The position numbers and the translations under genes are program-made. A DNA stretch of 64,000 nucleotides from Trichoplax adhaerens (Eukaryota > Animalia > Placozoa), in assembly GCF_000150275.1 (NCBI RefSeq), contig NW_002060949.1, positions 3,354,449-3,418,448 on the forward strand. Reading direction: 5' to 3'. The notes under the pieces were generated by a model. That model made no database searches. It saw only the letters and a list, made by a program, of their open reading frames with translations, and had not been told where the DNA came from. Below are positions 61,968 through 64,000 of this stretch, in pieces. Position 1 is the stretch's first letter, and each line of letters begins with the position of its first letter.

Positions 61968-63106
61968 TTAAGCCTGGTATTTGGATAAATCATCACCAGT
62001 ACAGGCACTATCGTCGTATTGGTAGATGCATCTTGCGCCATAGGGTGCGCACGTGGACGACTCATATGAGCTATGGGAAGCCAAAGCTGTGCTACATACA
62101 TATATAACCATGGAAACATATCACTTAGGGACATTCTTTACTATGTCGTTATGTAATCATGCTAATAAAAGTTGATAAAACCCCAGCAAAGTAGTGATTT
62201 GGGCAGGTGCAGAATATAAATTATTTATTTTGCAGGAAAATTGATTTAGCAGGAACTGACTGATCCGATTGCCCATACTGTACGGTGTCCAGTGTGCACG
62301 ATCGTGTTGTAAATGGAATCAAATTATCGAAGGCCTGATTTATCTTATTCTAGCTAATTGTTCAAGCTTTACAAATACGCGGATAGATCCCCTAGTTAAG
62401 TCTGCCTGATAGTGAGCGTTACCAAATATTTATCAATATACTAGTAATATGGTACCTTTACTCTTTTACTTGCGATGTTTCCGTTAATAGGTACCTATAC
62501 GTAACTATACGAGAGAGAAGCTACTTAGAACATAACCCCCATGTCCTATTTCTCTAGATTTAACTAATACAATACGCGCTTATTATCCTTCCGTAAAAGC
62601 ACCATTACCCTATTACTTATCATTTAATAGTTAATGAACCGTTATGTAATTTTTCAGCTAGGTTTCAATGCGGTCATAGTACTAGATTTAGAGTATCATA
62701 GCCTACTACATACCTTTATTTAGCCGTCAACCTATTCTTTGATACTTTTACACTACTGCTTTAACTCGGAATCATAAATACATCTAACTAACAGTTGATT
62801 AAAGGGAAAATACCAGGATCTTTAGTGAATCATAGTAACTAGCCAACCTATTGTCACGGTGCGAACTACCGTGAAGAAATAGATATCTAAATTTGGTTAA
62901 TATAATATAGTGATATTATATTACAACTAGTTACTTACAATAGGAATTACTCTAATTATAAATGTGTTACAGTAAATTTATTGCTGTGCTGTAATGTGAG
63001 CTGAAATGATTCTGTGAATGGACATATTGTAGTCCGACTGTGAAAAACTAGTTAGTAGATGTTCTCACCCAAGTATTTTTATAAGATGACTTGTGAATGT
63101 TAGCTG
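61968..63106 (-). CDS. Probable 3' exons of an unidentified gene extending toward or beyond the window end
   Basis: Phase-compatible GT-AG exons at about 63069-63106, 62456-62494, 62279-62334 and 61968-62091 read ANIHKSSYKNTW|VPINGNIASKRVK|AFDNLIPFTTRSCTLDTVH|TALASHSSYESSTCAPYGARCIYQYDDSACTGDDLSKYQA*. No family recognised. Confidence 0.4.
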
Positions 63107-63552
63107 CTGTAGAAGGGTATATAAACCCGTCAGATAGTTGAATAAAGCAGTTCTCAATTGTATAGTTGTTTTAACGTAGAATCAAAGGCGTCTAAATTCT
63201 TGTGAGTAGGGATACTGAATCCCGGAGACTATAGAGATTTAGAGATTTGTTTTACGTTATCCTTGTCACGAAGTTGGTTTGTGACACCTATACTCTGATA
63301 TTTCACTGTAGATTGCTACTTCAACTCTAAATCGTGGACTACTACGTACATCTTGACGGATAATTGATTAAAGAGTAAAATTTCAGGATCTTTAGTCAAT
63401 CGTAGTAATAAACTCCTAAACCCATTTCTGAGACACTTTTAGATTGCTGCTTTAACACTGAATGATAGACTACTAAACGTATGTTAGCTAGTAATTGATG
63501 AAAGAGTTAATTCCTGGGACTAGCGAACCCTAGTAACTAGTCACTTACAATC
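62741..63552. repeat. Three diverged copies of a roughly 120-bp element
   Basis: Copies at about 62741-62850, 63298-63415 and 63431-63552 share tgctttaac...aatc...ttgattaaag.g.aaa....caggatctttagt.aatc.tagtaa-like sequence. Confidence 0.7.
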
Positions 63553-64000
63553 AGCCTATACAGTAGAGAAACAAATCTTAATTTACTCCTATCAATTCAT
63601 TATTTTTGTTTAATAATAATTTATATAATATGCCAAATATACACGTATATTAACAGTTGAAATAATTCAAATTTGGTGAATATGATAGCAACACACAGCT
63701 TCAGGTAACAAACTAAGTGAATGACTCATTGAGGCAAATATGAATTAGACCAATCTTTCATGTAGGTATAATGTCGACGATAATGAAGTTCATTGATTGT
63801 ATCTAAGTTTTTTCTAGAAAATTACCCCTAATTCTCCATCACTCACAATGCGAGTGAAAGAAATTTATTAAAGTGAAGATCTTTTTGAATATGCAGTACT
63901 GTACTGCAAAGTTTCCATATTTTATACCAACTACGATACAAAATAAAGCAGTATTTTTAATCTTTCCAGTAGTCACTAGTCAGTAATGCAGTTTATAATA

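Noticed and set aside
1-64000. tRNA, rRNA or intact transposase/retroelement genes
   Set aside because: None recognised by eye. tRNAscan-SE, Infernal and RepeatMasker would be needed to exclude small RNAs such as intronic snoRNAs.

Overview
AT-rich, intron-dense eukaryotic DNA with short (mostly 60-300 nt) introns. Gene content and style suggest a basal metazoan, most likely a placozoan such as Trichoplax (inference). Ten protein-coding genes can be reconstructed by hand: an intronless SCPEP1-like serine carboxypeptidase, SSX2IP/Msd1, DBT, CWC27, NDUFA11, an EFCAB14-like type II membrane protein, an HGGG/GHSAG esterase with a large transmembrane insertion, ORC1, SAS-6 and an atypical BMP/ADMP-like ligand. 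There is also an intronless ankyrin-repeat gene and the probable 3' end of an unidentified gene at the right edge. The most striking non-coding pattern is TACAG/CTGTA palindromic arrays, with embedded hairpins and one five-copy hairpin array, sitting in the promoters of the housekeeping genes (three head-to-head pairs plus SSX2IP) and absent upstream of the other genes. Other highlights: a deleted tandem-duplicate relic of ORC1, an apparently BAH-less ORC1, a BMP lacking its dimerisation Cys and both finger Trp residues, a duplicated exon, and active-site substitutions in DBT, SCPEP1 and CWC27. All exon boundaries and homologies were read by eye with no database search.
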